A DNA stretch of 64,000 nucleotides from Bdellovibrionales bacterium (GTDB taxonomy: Bacteria > Bdellovibrionota > UBA1018), in assembly GCA_016786465.1 (NCBI GenBank), contig JAEUWC010000021.1:13786-77785 (forward strand). Reading direction: 5' to 3'. Below are positions 63,593 through 64,000 of the stretch, in pieces. Position 1 is the stretch's first letter; every line of letters starts with the position of its first letter. Below the pieces are notes generated by a model, which made no database searches, was not told the origin of the DNA, and was given only the letters and a program-made list of their open reading frames with translations. Both the position numbers and the translations under genes were made by a program.

Positions 63593-63744
63593 GCCTACCG
63601 GCATCCCAATTACCGAATCCAATTGATCCGCCTTAATGCAATTCTGACCTAGTCCTGACGGCAAATCATTCAGTCTTGGCCTGATCCTAGGAACATCAGA
63701 AACTGGTGTTCTGAGCAGTACTTGTCTTAACGAAAGGATTCGAC

Positions 63745-64000
63745 ATGAAGAAGCTATGGATTGGCTTTGTGGTAACGGCGAATATTGCGATTGGCTTGGT
63801 TGACCTTCCAGCGGAAGCTGCGGGCGCCCGCCGAAAAATTTCATTCGAAGAACTTTCGAAATATCTGACCCGTGAATCGGACGGGGTCGTTCAACAAAAC
63901 CCGGCTTTGGTCCAAGCTTGCAAATCAAAGAACAGTGCCTGCGCGAACTTTGAAAGCAAGAAAAAGCCCTGGGGCAGCCATTGGGATTCTGAAAAGGCGA
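63745..64000 (+). CDS. Hypothetical secreted protein, 5' part (continues past the window end)
   Basis: AAAGGA SD. Signal peptide MKKLWIGFVVTANIAIGLV. Confidence 0.4.
   Translation, partial: MKKLWIGFVVTANIAIGLVDLPAEAAGARRKISFEELSKYLTRESDGVVQQNPALVQACKSKNSACANFESKKKPWGSHWDSEKA

Noticed and set aside
63563-63928. 121-aa minus-strand ORF
   Set aside because: Overlaps the terminator hairpin and the start of a well-supported plus-strand signal-peptide gene. No SD.

Overview
This 64 kb window looks like a core chromosomal region of a Bdellovibrio-like (Bdellovibrionota/Oligoflexia-type) bacterium with roughly 50% GC. Nearly all housekeeping genes are on the minus strand. From the start of the window:

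(1) A propionyl-CoA to succinyl-CoA operon on the minus strand: carboxyltransferase PccB, a biotin carboxylase, a separately encoded BCCP-like protein, and a methylmalonyl-CoA mutase that is truncated at the window start.

(2) A block of Sec/lipobox exported proteins: two paralogous beta-propeller lipoproteins flanking an outer membrane barrel. Next to them are a sigma-54 enhancer-binding protein and a TlpA-like thioredoxin.

(3) An HNH endonuclease, an ECF sigma factor and a ZAS-type anti-sigma factor with overlapping reading frames, transcribed from a good sigma-70 promoter.

(4) A complete S10/spc/alpha ribosomal super-operon at 14.7-30.8 kb, running rpsJ through rplQ and including secY, adk, map, infA, rpmJ and rpoA.
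- rplX (L24) and rpsN (S14) are absent from it.
- Many r-proteins carry Ala/Lys/Pro-rich tails.

(5) An unusual str operon. After rpsG there is an intrinsic terminator, then a signal-peptide-bearing Hcp-family (T6SS tube-like) protein that ends 4 nt before the fusA start. No tuf lies between fusA and rpsJ.

(6) clpP-clpX-lon on the minus strand, with no tig upstream of clpP.

(7) A mixed accessory-like stretch at 40-52 kb:
- an EamA transporter, an acyl-CoA thioesterase, def and a histidine phosphatase;
- a solitary IS200/IS605-type Y1 (RAYT-like) transposase and two GNAT acetyltransferases;
- a hypothetical protein with a Pelota/eRF1-like C-terminus;
- an XRE-cupin regulator, tryptophan 2,3-dioxygenase coupled to class I fumarase subunits, and a methyltransferase;
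- a Zn-ribbon protein coupled to a fatty-acid hydroxylase, dus and pepP.

(8) An operon of a TIGR02147-like HTH protein, an outer-membrane beta-barrel carrying an HExxH motif, a lipoprotein and a secreted basic protein.

(9) hppD, speA, an SDR and another OMP.

I found no rRNA, tRNA or CRISPR.
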